Of a DNA stretch of 64,000 bases, positions 10,279 through 22,000 are shown one piece after another. The notes below the pieces were generated by a model that saw nothing but the letters and a program-made list of their open reading frames with translations, did not search any database and had not been told where the DNA came from. The stretch is from a virus: positions 42,613 to 106,612 of IMG/VR virus record IMGVR_UViG_3300023179_000040, one strand, 5' to 3'. Numbering within the stretch: position 1 is the stretch's first letter; every line of letters begins with the position of its first letter. Both the position numbers and the translations under genes were made by a program.

Positions 10279-10422
10279 CGGGTGAGTTTAGTTCTTAATT
10301 TTGTCTTAAATCCGCTCAAAAGTGAAAATTTATTTTTAGTGGATCATATTTTATGTGCTTTTTGTGGATTTTTTAATCTATACTTTGTGCGTAATAAACT
10401 TGTTCCTTTTAAAGACTACTAG
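10279..10422 (+). pseudogene. 3' remnant of a paralog of the membrane protein at 55401-55688
   Basis: VSLVLNFVLNP...HILCAFCGFF-NLYFVRNKLVPFKD aligns with ISLLLTCFINP...NILSAFCGFFINLYFVRKHIIPFRD; the N-terminal half is absent. Confidence 0.7.
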
Positions 10423-10503
10423 TAATAAGTGTTCCAATTTGCTCCTTTAAACAAGCTTAATATTTAATCATATATTTATGATTAGCTTATTGACTATTAG
10501 CTT

Positions 10504-10518
10504 GGTGTATTCTAATAT
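10504..10518 (+). promoter_or_regulatory. Putative phage-specific promoter
   Basis: GGTGTATTCTAATAT, 38 nt before the ORF at 10542. Confidence 0.65.
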
Positions 10519-10541
10519 AGAGTACATTATGGGAGAATATT

Positions 10542-10781
10542 ATGGCTAATTCAAATTTAAAAGTAGTTTTTTCTTTTGGTAATATTGTTCAATTAGACAA
10601 TAATCAATGCTCTTGCCCAAATATGGTTGAGGTCAATGTGTCTAATTTAACTATAGGAAAAAATTATACGGTCTATATCAATAATTTAAATAATGTGCCA
10701 GTAAGAACTTTCCCCGAAAGCTACTCCTTTACTGCAACAAACGAAACCAAAAATTTATCATTCTATTATCAGTTTGCTTAA
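10542..10781 (+). CDS. Small stand-alone Ig-like domain protein
   Basis: VSNLTIGKNY...FPESYSF resembles the N-domain of ORF 9029; GGAG RBS. Confidence 0.6.
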   Translation: MANSNLKVVFSFGNIVQLDNNQCSCPNMVEVNVSNLTIGKNYTVYINNLNNVPVRTFPESYSFTATNETKNLSFYYQFA

Positions 10782-10814
10782 ATAGGTATAAGGACAACAC
10801 TAGGATAAGTTTTC

Positions 10815-12773
10815 ATGGTATATGCTGCGCCTATTAATTTAGATACTAATAATAATTCTAATAATATTATTACTAAATTAGACGATCCCGCTTATTCTAC
10901 AAGACAAACGCCGGTAAGAGTCTATTACGCATATAAGGCTATTGACGAGATAACCGGGCCGGTGCCAATGGTTGATCTTAGTAAGACATATAATGTATCT
11001 GAAGGTGGTATTACTTATAGTGTCACAACAAAAGCAACACTATCTGGTAAAATAGTAAGATCAAAATATTATGATCCACTAGTAAATCCTAGTGGTAGCG
11101 GAACCGCAGTTATTGCAAGGGCTATTAATGATTTAACAGATCTGTTTAAATCTCCCACAGGAATTTTTGAAATTAAATGTGGTAGCACGGTAATATTGTC
11201 TGGATCAGGCGTAAAAGTATTAAATTTAACAGCAAATAAAAGTAATGATAATTGGATATTTTCATCAGACTATAATATAGAATTAGAATTTTCTGAACCT
11301 ATATATAGTGGTATACCACTTATTAAAAACGGTACCGATTCTTGGTCATTAGAGCCTGTTGAAGAATATGTATATATGAATCAAAAAATAACTGTCAATG
11401 GTAATCAAGAATATCATAATCCTATTTTAGGTTATTCTAACGCAGGAACAAACCCAAAAAGTGGACCAACATCTCCTAATTTAGACATTGTTACTATACC
11501 TCAATTTAGATTATCCAGAAAAGTATCAGCGGATGGATTACCTTCACATAATGTTGTTAATTACGGAGGAGTGCCGGCTAGTGCAAATTATTCTGCATAT
11601 ATTAATGCGAAAAAGTGGGTTGAGATGCAATTAGCATCTTCATTTAATGGCAATAGTGCATCGGGATATCCTAAATTTTCTTCTAATACTATTTTTAGTA
11701 TAGATAGTTTTGATAAAATATTTTTATATAATCATCTTAGAACCATAAATTTTAATACAAATGCTGGATCCTATGAAGTCAATGACACCTGGTTAGCGAT
11801 GCCCACAGGGTTAAATTATTTGGAAGACTATACTGTTGAATCTAATACTGATGAAAAAAATATTAAAACAGTAAAAGTCCAGGGACAAATCAAAGGCTTA
11901 ATGATGTCTAGTCTTCCTGTTATGACCGGACAAGCAGATAAAATGATACCAGATAATAATGGTATTATATCAATAACAGGATTATTAGCAGCTGGCACAA
12001 CCGGCGGAAAATCTATGCAAAGATTAGACGAATTGTCTCAAACAGGATTGGTTTTAAGCGACAGCAAATATATAAATGCTGTTAGCGGATGGTTGCATGA
12101 TATTAAACCATATATTTATCGTAGAGCATGTATGGTTGTGGATAGTCTCGACAGAAACGCCCCGTATGTACAATTTAACTATTCTCCACAACCACCATTA
12201 AATAATCCTATTTATTCTCATGAAAGAATGTTGAACATTATTCCTATTGCTACTACAGAATCTCATGATCCTAGAAAAGGAATAGTATCATATACATATG
12301 AATTTAATAATAAACTTAAACTTTTAAGTGGTGTAATTTCTGAAAATATTACTATTAATGATACTGGCCCTGTAGACGTTATTAATCAGGCTTTCGTATT
12401 AGGTCGCAGATTAGGTCCAGTGCTTCAGTCTTTGGGTACTACCACAAGCTCCACCAAAAGCGTTACTGTAGAAATTATTGTAGGTACACCAACAGGAATA
12501 GATGGATGTTTAATTACCAGTAACTATTGTCCGGTATGGACAGGCGGAACCACATATAAAGCTATAGAAGAATTGATTGATGGATTAGCACCTTTTGGTC
12601 GTAGGGTTGTAAATATTTTCCCAAATATGAGCAGAGAGCCTTTAACTGGTCAGGTCTATTTACAACAAAATGATTTGAGTTGGAATCCCACTGAGGGTAG
12701 ATATATAAGAAATGTTAGCTGGGTTTATCAACATTGTTCTATTGGAAATAACTACAATAGACTTAATCATTAG
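10815..12773 (+). CDS. Putative virion/tail structural protein
   Basis: 652 aa, beta-rich; precedes the giant structural ORFs; function inferred from context. Confidence 0.45.
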   Translation: MVYAAPINLDTNNNSNNIITKLDDPAYSTRQTPVRVYYAYKAIDEITGPVPMVDLSKTYNVSEGGITYSVTTKATLSGKIVRSKYYDPLVNPSGSGTAVIARAINDLTDLFKSPTGIFEIKCGSTVILSGSGVKVLNLTANKSNDNWIFSSDYNIELEFSEPIYSGIPLIKNGTDSWSLEPVEEYVYMNQKITVNGNQEYHNPILGYSNAGTNPKSGPTSPNLDIVTIPQFRLSRKVSADGLPSHNVVNYGGVPASANYSAYINAKKWVEMQLASSFNGNSASGYPKFSSNTIFSIDSFDKIFLYNHLRTINFNTNAGSYEVNDTWLAMPTGLNYLEDYTVESNTDEKNIKTVKVQGQIKGLMMSSLPVMTGQADKMIPDNNGIISITGLLAAGTTGGKSMQRLDELSQTGLVLSDSKYINAVSGWLHDIKPYIYRRACMVVDSLDRNAPYVQFNYSPQPPLNNPIYSHERMLNIIPIATTESHDPRKGIVSYTYEFNNKLKLLSGVISENITINDTGPVDVINQAFVLGRRLGPVLQSLGTTTSSTKSVTVEIIVGTPTGIDGCLITSNYCPVWTGGTTYKAIEELIDGLAPFGRRVVNIFPNMSREPLTGQVYLQQNDLSWNPTEGRYIRNVSWVYQHCSIGNNYNRLNH

Positions 12774-12806
12774 CTTTTAATTTTTTTAAATAGGATAATA
12801 TTTATT

Positions 12807-15800
12807 ATGCCATTGTGTGCCCCAACAGGAAAAATGATAGCGCAAACCTTATTTTTAGGTGCAAGCATATCAAGTATTAATGTAAGTAAAGGATGGAGTG
12901 GTCAAGCATCCCAGCTAACTGTATCATTAATAGAGGACAAAAATCCTGTTTGTGGTAATGCTCAAATTATTAATAATAGTACACCCCCAATAACATGGGC
13001 CGATAATCACTATCATACTTGTAGTGGTATAGAGTGTTATATATCAACTGTAAGTGGGGCCCCTATTAGCGCCAACACTCCGCCAAGTGAATGGATGTTA
13101 CCGGGTAAAGTATATTATTATCTTGATGATACTTCAAACATAGTATCTAAATATTATACCGATCAAGATCCAGGTTTTTTTGGTAATAAAACTAAAATTA
13201 ATACTAGTGGAGATATTACTACATCAGAATATGTATATGATATCATAGGTAGTCCTGTTATTTTTAAATTAGGAGACTTTTCATTTGGCGGAATTGTGCA
13301 GTCATGGAGCAGAACAGAGAATACTTCTGGTCGTGGATATAGTGTTAATATTCAAGGTTTTGAAAGTATTTTAGCTCAGTCATATATTTTATTAAGCGAT
13401 TTTGCCGGAGCTATATACGCAGCCGATAGTAGTAATAGTGAGTGGGGTGGTCCTCGTAATATTATGACATCAGATGCTGTTTATAATAACAGTATTGGTA
13501 AGGGTAATATTCCTAATGTTTTTAATATTTATGGATTTTTGGAATCTATGAATAAAGGAGGATTTGGGGGAGCTAATCTTAATGAAAATGGTATAGAAGT
13601 ACAAAAAATTGTAGATGCCTTATTAGTACTAACATCTTCTACAAATTCTAATATTACTCCAGGATCTACTCCATTATTATCTCAGGTTGGTTCTGATCCC
13701 GATTATGGTGCGCCAAAATCTGCATTTTCCCCGTTTGGACGCATAGTAGTTAAAAAAATGCAGGAAGAAATTTCTTCCACCACTATTGGTACAACATTTA
13801 AAAGTTATGGCGTTATTCCACCAGATGACCCATTTATTACAAATGGAACCAATAATACCTATTGTGAATTTTTATTAGACTTATCTGAATTACCAACATT
13901 TCCTAAAGATTATAGAATAGCTGGCCCTAGTATTAGTATTTTAGATTTTATAACGCAAATTACTGAAGAGTCCGGATATGATTATCATATCAGTATGTAC
14001 AGACTATATGGACAAAATTATATTAAAGTACATACTATACCACGTAACCAGCAACCAGTACCTAATATGATTAGTAATACTGTTAAATTGTTACGCTGTA
14101 ATGGATATCCAGTATCTTCTGTCAATACTGGTAAAGAATTAAATGAATCTAATGCTAGAACTATGATTATTGGAGGAAAACAACAAAGACTATATCAGGC
14201 AAAATCATTACGATTAGCATATACTCAAAGCTCTTATATATATAATCCTCAATCTAAAAAGTTTGTTGATTATATACAAATATCAGGAACATCCAAGCCA
14301 TTCAATCATGGCAAAATTAAATTTCCTAATCCTTTATCAACCCATAATCTAGTAGTATCTACCGGTATAAATCCTACTTTTACTGGAATATATAATGAAT
14401 TAAATGCTATAGCTCCTACGGGATTTAGCAGTAATGATACGGTGTGGAATGATAATCTTAATTTGGCGAGCAATCAGTCCGATATGGTTGTCGGAAATTA
14501 TTATCTCAGCAAAGAGATACTACCAACAGGCACTATGCCGAATAGATTTTACCCGATATACAATGATGTGATATCCCCATTTTTTGGATATATTTCTGAT
14601 ACAGAGTATTCGATTGATACTTCGGCCGCTAATAATGAATTTAAAAGAATTCGACCAGTATACTTTGACACATGGACCGGTCAATGTATTGTAGTATTAA
14701 AAATCCATGAACTTCCTTTAACTAAAGTTAATTTGGAAGGTTTTTATACTGATAGAGGTGTCGGCACCTTTATTGTTACAGAAAATGAGATACGAGCAGC
14801 TTTGGCTGGGTTCGATAATTTCATTATCTATTCTTTGTCAAAAACTTATAAAAATGATCTTATCGAGATGGTTAGAAGAGCCTATTATGACAAATATAAA
14901 AAAGAATTTATCGATTCTGGAATCTCTACATCAAATGCTGAAGCCTTAGCAAAAGATAAAACTAATTGGTATTGGAATTTAATAGGCGGGAATATAGCTG
15001 GCTTATATGGTCAACCATCCGCAATATCTCCAGATGAAGGTGATGGTTCACATGAAATCGATGAAGATGCCATACAAGACCTACAGTTAATCCATAGTTT
15101 TGTATCAAAGCTCGGAGAATTTTATGGTAAAAAATATATGGTGTCAGCTCCAAGATTAAGAGCATATAAGGATGATCAATATGCCGATATTACTGTCAGC
15201 ACCAATATTGGTGATGCTTATGTTTTTCAAGGAGGAGGTAATTTATACTATAATTATGAACCGACTAATGATGGGGCCTGGGAAGAGTATGGCAATATTA
15301 TAGATGATACTATGGTTGTTGGTGGAAATGATTGGTATAATTTGACTGATGATAGTGGTAAAATAAAGCCCATTATAGGATATAACGCTAATAATACTAT
15401 AGATATAGTTAGACAAAAATTATGTGAATTTTCTAAAAATAATCTCAATACATATATTGATAATAAGTCCAATGATCCCTTTTGGAACTATGAAGCATAC
15501 GAGTATTTAAAATCTATTGCAAAAAGTGACTGTCTAAAATTTACCCTAGAATCTTTAGACCTGTCAAGTCTAGATTCGTCTGATTACATTATAAAAACTG
15601 TTCGGTCTAGTAATGCTAATTCTCGCCCTACGAATAATCGTGGAAATGTTAATTGGAATGTAACAACAGCCAGAGACGCTTGGGGAAGTGGTATCCCAAC
15701 AACAGGCACAAACTACGACCTGATGCAAAAACTATATTTGAATACTTCTATAGAAGAAGGTTTTACATTTTTAGACCCTATTAATTTACGTGGCGCAAAA

Positions 15801-18800
15801 ATCATTGTTGATGCACCAAGTATCAAGCTTAATTCTACACAAGCAGAAATAGATAAAGATCCTAATAGAACAGTAATTTCGACAGTGGCCATGGAGGATC
15901 TCAGCATTTATTTGCATAAAACCCATCCAAGTAAACGTAATAAACATTGGATTAAATATATGCTTTATTATACTGGAGATATTAATTATGAAGCCTTGAT
16001 ATCTGATCAAGGTGTGGCAGCTCCAGATATAGTCGGATCTGAAGCCTCGTCGAATATGAGGTCTTCTAATTTCGTTGAAATAGCACCAAAAGTTGCTCAT
16101 CCGTTTTTTGTTGGTATACCAATTAAAATTAATCAATATTCATATGGCCCATGGACTAACTATCCTTCACATGTAAGTAATATTTTTCCAAGCGGAACAT
16201 ATGTCAATATATCCGATACTTTTCCGTCAACATGTGTTTCCTCTGGTATTTCTGGTATTAGTGTCGCTAATACTATAGACAACTGGATTACTCCAACCAA
16301 AATCTTGGTAGACCCAGATCTTGTACCATGGAACTACGGAGGATCTGCATTATTGGACAGAGCAGCACTTAATATTATAGAAAAAGACCTAAATTATCAA
16401 TCAATACTAGAAACTGCACAAATCGATCTTGTTGGTTTGCCTTATTTTGGTTTGGGTATGACATTTAGTTATGATGCGCTAACTCCTCCAATATTAAGCT
16501 TAAATTCAAAAACCATATCATATACTGATATAAAAGGTCCGTCATTTGATTCCGCTTCATTGACTCCTATTACAGGAGGTTATCCTATAGGCATATTTGA
16601 TTTGCCTACAACCACCACGACTACAAAGAATTTTAATATTAAAAGTATTAGCGGCACATATTCTAATACTAATGGAGGTCCATTAATTACGAATATACAA
16701 ACATCTATAGGTCAAGGTGGAGTTACAACCACATATACATTTAGAACTTATACGGCTAAAGTAGGTTTATTTAATAAACTTTCTAATGATAAATTAAAGA
16801 GATTTTATCAACAAAACTTTAAAAGAAATAAACAATTAGCCAAAATTAATCAACAAACACAAAACCTGGGTAGTGTACAACAAAGAACTATAGATAATTT
16901 AAGATTCAATAAAGCTGAATTATCTTCTGAAAGTTTTCGTAGTAAACTTTTTGGTTGGAGTCCAAGCACTGTTCTAATTGCTCAGGCCCATCCTTATCTT
17001 AGAGATGTAGAACAGCCCCCAATTTCTGGAAATGAACTTTATGCACAAACCTTAATCATGGATGAGACTCCCGGCATAGGATCTCCCGCTATAGCATATT
17101 CTATCCCAGAATCTAAAGATATAGGAGTTACTGGAGTATTTACGGTTGGTCGTTTTACTACTAGTGACTTATCTATTCCGGTATTGTCAGATGCTACAAC
17201 ACTAAATACTAGCGTTGGTTTATACGAATTAAAAGAAGTTAATGCTCAGTTAAAAAAACAATACGGCTTACAGTCTGTAATGAGTTTAGATGGTATATTT
17301 TCTCCTATATCTTTTTATCCTACACTAAAAAATAGTACCTTTCATTATGGACTGTATGATACTAGTATGTGCCCATTTTGCTCTGGGACCAAAAATATTA
17401 ATGTCACAGCATATAAAAGAGATCCGACAACATTAAATTCAATTGCGTATAAAAAATATTGTACTAAATGCGGCAGAGTAGATCAGAATAATATAGATAC
17501 GCTAAAAGGAAGCGCCACTACTACCGCCGGTAGTCAGTCTATAGAAACACTGCCCCCATATATAGTAAGTAGTGGTACGGATATTAGTATATTAAAGGAG
17601 TTTAAATCTTTAGCCGGATCAACATCTACAGCGACTATTACAACTAGTACAAGTAGTGTGGGTGGCGCCGGAGTTTCTATACCTATTAATTTAGTCACTT
17701 TAAATCCTATCATTGTACCATACGGTAATTTTAGAAATTTGAATGCTCAAAACTATACAGGTATTCATCCAGACGGTTCTGGAGTACATGGCATACTATC
17801 TTATCCAAATGGCGGTACAAGATATTTTCATGATAGATGCAGACATAGTATAGGTATTGTAGGGCGTGGAGCTGTAAGAAATGAATTAAAGATTTATAAA
17901 AATCAAAATAAATTAGTACAAAATCATCATCCAGATTACTATAACGATGATTTATTATTATATGAAAAATTAAATAAACTAGGACAACCTAAAACCTATC
18001 AAATGAATCAAAGATTTTTAGGCTTAAGAGGTCCACTATCTATGCATTCTTGGGGATATGATTTAGAAGGTTATCCAGTACCTAATGCCGCGGATGAACC
18101 CTATGAAATAGATACAAATGGCGAACCTCTCAGATTTAAATTAAAACTTAAAGATGGATATCCTAAAAAAACTGCATATAAGAATTTAACTGATGGGGCT
18201 TTATACATGTACCCATTAAATGAAAGTGGTAATGCTCCACAGACGTATGCAAAAGAATACGTTAAAAAACCAAGGACTAAACCAGAAAAACAAACTATTA
18301 TTGTACCAGATCAGGATGCTCCTATAGAATTCACTGTTACCGATGATACCGAGGTACTGGAATATATTTATGAAGACGATATGACACAGACAGGCTTTTC
18401 TGCTGGTGTTACAGGTATGGGTACGGATAGAACTGCTGGATATCAAGGATCAGTAGTTAGTAAAACACAAAAGCTTGGCAGCGATGGCAAGTGGACAGAA
18501 AAGAAAAAATTAAAAGATTTTTATTTAAATTGGGGTGAAAGACCAGATTTATGGCCTGTTGGCCCGATTGATCTTAGATGGGATAGTAATAGAAGAGTGT
18601 GGACAATGAAATCTTCTGAAGCTGCTACTATTTATAAGATGGTTTATGTGACATTGGAAGAAGATCTTATGAAAGATGATGATGTTGATGATACTTATCC
18701 AGCAAGAGGATTTTTGGATGATTTGGAATACTCTACTCAGCCATTAGCTAGCGGTCTAAGAAGATTAGTTTTTGTAAAAGATAGATCTGGATATACTGCT

Positions 18801-19070
18801 CCTAGAGGAGCAAAGCTATTATGTCGCTATGATAAAGATACAGGTTTTTATGAGCCTGTTAGTAAATCTGCTTTTATAGTAAAAGGATCAATTGTTCCAG
18901 GAACAAATACTGCCACTTTGGAAATGTCGTATGCTCCAGGTAAAAAACGAGGAGAACCGTATCCTACTATGTTAGTAAATTTTGATAATCCATTTGATCT
19001 ATCAACAACTAATAATAAAGGATTATTCACTTATATGAACAGCAAATGGATTTTAACTACTAGTAGGTAA
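12807..19070 (+). CDS. Giant putative tail/baseplate protein (2087 aa)
   Basis: Uninterrupted ORF, AGGA RBS, hub-like N-terminus (SQLTVSLIED, FGGIVQSW), internal CPFC...CTKC. Confidence 0.5.
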   Translation: MPLCAPTGKMIAQTLFLGASISSINVSKGWSGQASQLTVSLIEDKNPVCGNAQIINNSTPPITWADNHYHTCSGIECYISTVSGAPISANTPPSEWMLPGKVYYYLDDTSNIVSKYYTDQDPGFFGNKTKINTSGDITTSEYVYDIIGSPVIFKLGDFSFGGIVQSWSRTENTSGRGYSVNIQGFESILAQSYILLSDFAGAIYAADSSNSEWGGPRNIMTSDAVYNNSIGKGNIPNVFNIYGFLESMNKGGFGGANLNENGIEVQKIVDALLVLTSSTNSNITPGSTPLLSQVGSDPDYGAPKSAFSPFGRIVVKKMQEEISSTTIGTTFKSYGVIPPDDPFITNGTNNTYCEFLLDLSELPTFPKDYRIAGPSISILDFITQITEESGYDYHISMYRLYGQNYIKVHTIPRNQQPVPNMISNTVKLLRCNGYPVSSVNTGKELNESNARTMIIGGKQQRLYQAKSLRLAYTQSSYIYNPQSKKFVDYIQISGTSKPFNHGKIKFPNPLSTHNLVVSTGINPTFTGIYNELNAIAPTGFSSNDTVWNDNLNLASNQSDMVVGNYYLSKEILPTGTMPNRFYPIYNDVISPFFGYISDTEYSIDTSAANNEFKRIRPVYFDTWTGQCIVVLKIHELPLTKVNLEGFYTDRGVGTFIVTENEIRAALAGFDNFIIYSLSKTYKNDLIEMVRRAYYDKYKKEFIDSGISTSNAEALAKDKTNWYWNLIGGNIAGLYGQPSAISPDEGDGSHEIDEDAIQDLQLIHSFVSKLGEFYGKKYMVSAPRLRAYKDDQYADITVSTNIGDAYVFQGGGNLYYNYEPTNDGAWEEYGNIIDDTMVVGGNDWYNLTDDSGKIKPIIGYNANNTIDIVRQKLCEFSKNNLNTYIDNKSNDPFWNYEAYEYLKSIAKSDCLKFTLESLDLSSLDSSDYIIKTVRSSNANSRPTNNRGNVNWNVTTARDAWGSGIPTTGTNYDLMQKLYLNTSIEEGFTFLDPINLRGAKIIVDAPSIKLNSTQAEIDKDPNRTVISTVAMEDLSIYLHKTHPSKRNKHWIKYMLYYTGDINYEALISDQGVAAPDIVGSEASSNMRSSNFVEIAPKVAHPFFVGIPIKINQYSYGPWTNYPSHVSNIFPSGTYVNISDTFPSTCVSSGISGISVANTIDNWITPTKILVDPDLVPWNYGGSALLDRAALNIIEKDLNYQSILETAQIDLVGLPYFGLGMTFSYDALTPPILSLNSKTISYTDIKGPSFDSASLTPITGGYPIGIFDLPTTTTTTKNFNIKSISGTYSNTNGGPLITNIQTSIGQGGVTTTYTFRTYTAKVGLFNKLSNDKLKRFYQQNFKRNKQLAKINQQTQNLGSVQQRTIDNLRFNKAELSSESFRSKLFGWSPSTVLIAQAHPYLRDVEQPPISGNELYAQTLIMDETPGIGSPAIAYSIPESKDIGVTGVFTVGRFTTSDLSIPVLSDATTLNTSVGLYELKEVNAQLKKQYGLQSVMSLDGIFSPISFYPTLKNSTFHYGLYDTSMCPFCSGTKNINVTAYKRDPTTLNSIAYKKYCTKCGRVDQNNIDTLKGSATTTAGSQSIETLPPYIVSSGTDISILKEFKSLAGSTSTATITTSTSSVGGAGVSIPINLVTLNPIIVPYGNFRNLNAQNYTGIHPDGSGVHGILSYPNGGTRYFHDRCRHSIGIVGRGAVRNELKIYKNQNKLVQNHHPDYYNDDLLLYEKLNKLGQPKTYQMNQRFLGLRGPLSMHSWGYDLEGYPVPNAADEPYEIDTNGEPLRFKLKLKDGYPKKTAYKNLTDGALYMYPLNESGNAPQTYAKEYVKKPRTKPEKQTIIVPDQDAPIEFTVTDDTEVLEYIYEDDMTQTGFSAGVTGMGTDRTAGYQGSVVSKTQKLGSDGKWTEKKKLKDFYLNWGERPDLWPVGPIDLRWDSNRRVWTMKSSEAATIYKMVYVTLEEDLMKDDDVDDTYPARGFLDDLEYSTQPLASGLRRLVFVKDRSGYTAPRGAKLLCRYDKDTGFYEPVSKSAFIVKGSIVPGTNTATLEMSYAPGKKRGEPYPTMLVNFDNPFDLSTTNNKGLFTYMNSKWILTTSR

Positions 19071-19076
19071 TCTAAG

Positions 19077-22000
19077 ATGTATTATCCAATTAATAATTTC
19101 TCTAACTGTAATATTTTTTCTAATAGCTTTTTACAAGATTTAGAATCTTATAACTTACTAAATGACAGCAATAGTGATCTACATATAGTCTATGATGGTG
19201 ATAGTATATCGTCTTCTAATTTGATCGATTTTAAGATAAATGATATGCTTTCTTTGATTCCAGAAACAAATCTGTCACTTACGAAAGATGTGTGGTTTCC
19301 TGCTATTGCTTATTATGATATTTTAAATCCATCATTAACTAGTAAATATAAGCCTGTATTTGACAAGACAATCAACTATAACCCTATTTTAGGTATAGAC
19401 TCCATGATTGTATTTCAACCAAAATTTAAAAATTGGACTATGACTATCAATGGTGAGACACAAAAAAACATGGTTTGTAATTGGCATATTAATTCTATAC
19501 TATCAAATGTAGAAGCCAGATATGGAATAATGTATTGGTATAAATATACTGACTATGGACGTCAGCAAAATTTTAATTATGCCGATTTATCGAATCATAC
19601 TAAATTTACTTTAGATTTTAATATTACCTATGGCCCGAGTAATGCCTTAAAGACCATATCGGCTAATTCTGTTTTAGAAAAATATGATAACACATACATT
19701 AAACTTCCAGAAACTTATAGAGCAAAAATAGAGTCTGGATCGGATGTCAATTCTGACAGTAATCCTATTTCATTTGGTCCTTCTTGGCCATTATTGGCCA
19801 TTTCTGATATAAATACAAATAATTGGCAAAGTCAATGTAAAATTATTAAAGATAGTATTTTTAGTCGTAACAATACTAATTTAGATATATATATCAGTAA
19901 TGGAGATTGTTTTTCTTATTATGAAAGCTACGCAGATAGATTGAGAAGTATGGCAGCCAGTATGCCGACAAAAACCTATTTATCTCATGGGCTCTTTAAT
20001 ATTTATAGAGAAATTTATCATAGATTATCTATTTCAAGACCAAAAAAATTTAATAAATCTTTATCGGTTAAACAAGCTAGATTATTACAAAAATTATCTT
20101 ATTTTTTGAGCAGTGGTCCTTTAATGGATCGAACCACCGTCGATCTTTTATTAGATGATAGTATACAACAGTCTGTTAGAGATTATATTGATAGTGATAC
20201 ATCTAGTGTAGCGTCTGAGATTACCGGATTAAAAAATATTTTGCAGACGATATATAGTAAATTTACAAATTTATCTACGTATCAATATAAGCAAACTCAA
20301 AATTTAAATTATATATTAACAAAAAAAGATCTTTTTAAGTGCTTAACACCCAAATATGGTTGTGGTTTATGGATAGATAATCCGACAACTATACAATATA
20401 AATATCCATTAAAAAATGGTCCACATTTATTATCTACTCAGAATTATACTAGCTGGTGTAAACCCAATAGTATTGTTGATTCTTCCAATGAAATTTTCTT
20501 TAATAATAGTGCTATTTCAGTAGGTAATTTACTATATCAAACTAGTATATCTACGACAGGATCAGTTGTACGCTTTGCTACTAATTTTACGAGTAATAAT
20601 ACTATTGTTGATGTACCACTTGCCGATATTTCTTTACATCAAACCAAATTAGATAAACTATTTTTAAGTTCTGGTATATATCAGCCTTGGACCGGATATG
20701 AAACAGAATTTAATCTATCGGACGTACTCGGCACCACAGATGATGCTACATATTTTTGGGAACAAATTGGCGGACCCAATTGTTTGCGATTTAATGATTA
20801 TAATAAAGATAAATCTAGTAGGGGTAGTTTTTTAAATATACGTAGATTTTTCACAAGCACTTTCGATTCTCCATCGGTATATACTAGGCAGTCCGGTACT
20901 TATTTGATTAAGTGTACCAGAAATAGTAAAGGAAGCACAGATTCTGATATTGTGATATTAACTAATGATCCCACAGGTATTCCTACTATTTCTATACCAA
21001 CAAAAATCGGTAATTCTCTTTATCCTACTATTATTTCTAGCATACCAAAAACTATAGCTTTTAATAAACAGGGTATGATTGGCATGATCTCATCTGAGAA
21101 TTATGTAGATACAGACGATATTAATGTGAGTGAAGATTTTGATGAATATGGTATAGCAAAATTTAAAGACTATAAAATTAATTTAAACGAAGGTTATCGT
21201 ATACCAGTTTTACAAACAGGTGGTTATTTTTCATTAAATATTAATCCCTCTGGACTATATACATTTTTGTCTTCTATATCTTTACAAAATATGAGGGATG
21301 AAAAGTATGAATATTGTCAATGCCCTTCTTTATACGAAGAAAAAATCCTGAGAAAACCACGCAAAGGTATAAGTTTACCAGTATTAGGTAGCAGTGATTT
21401 TACTAGAGACATAGATGCACAATATAAATTTATTTACCATAATAGAAATGGTAAAATGTTGGATGCTCCGCCGGTAGTTATTAACGTACCCACAGCATCC
21501 ACAGCATATTCTCCGAAAATACTGCCATATGGAGGATATGGAAAAGATATTGTTGATTCAATCGGTATTAATATGCCAGGACATCCAAAGCCTTTGAGTG
21601 GACTTATCCCTCCAGTAACAGGTAGTTTAGCAAATGCATTACCAATCTTAACAGAGCGTAATAATTTTGAAATGAGTGCTGATGTTAATAAAAAATTAAT
21701 ATGCCACTTAAGAGAGATACAACCAACAGGAACTAAGCATTATGTAAATATGAGCCGTGGTCATTTCCATCCTATTAGCGGATGGATCACAGATACTAAA
21801 TATATCGGTAAATCTAATGTATGGAGAAACAAGCCTTATCTTAGATCTTCTTATGAATTTGTTGGTGCTGGTTTTGCTGATATATCTCCTAAAAATACTT
21901 TTGATAATAATTTATATATTTATTCTAGTGATATTAATTTATTACCTATTATATATGAAAATATTGATCAGGATGATAAATATGGATTTTATAATATAAA

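Noticed and set aside
2849-10422. Diversity-generating retroelement targeting the CLec/FGE domain
   Set aside because: No reverse transcriptase in the window and no TR/VR pair with adenine-specific mismatches seen; the repeats are in linkers. A remote DGR cannot be excluded
10180-10422. 80-aa ORF as a genuine gene
   Set aside because: The first half is an off-frame reading of the T/P linker from a TTG start; only the 3' half is gene-derived, so it is treated as a remnant
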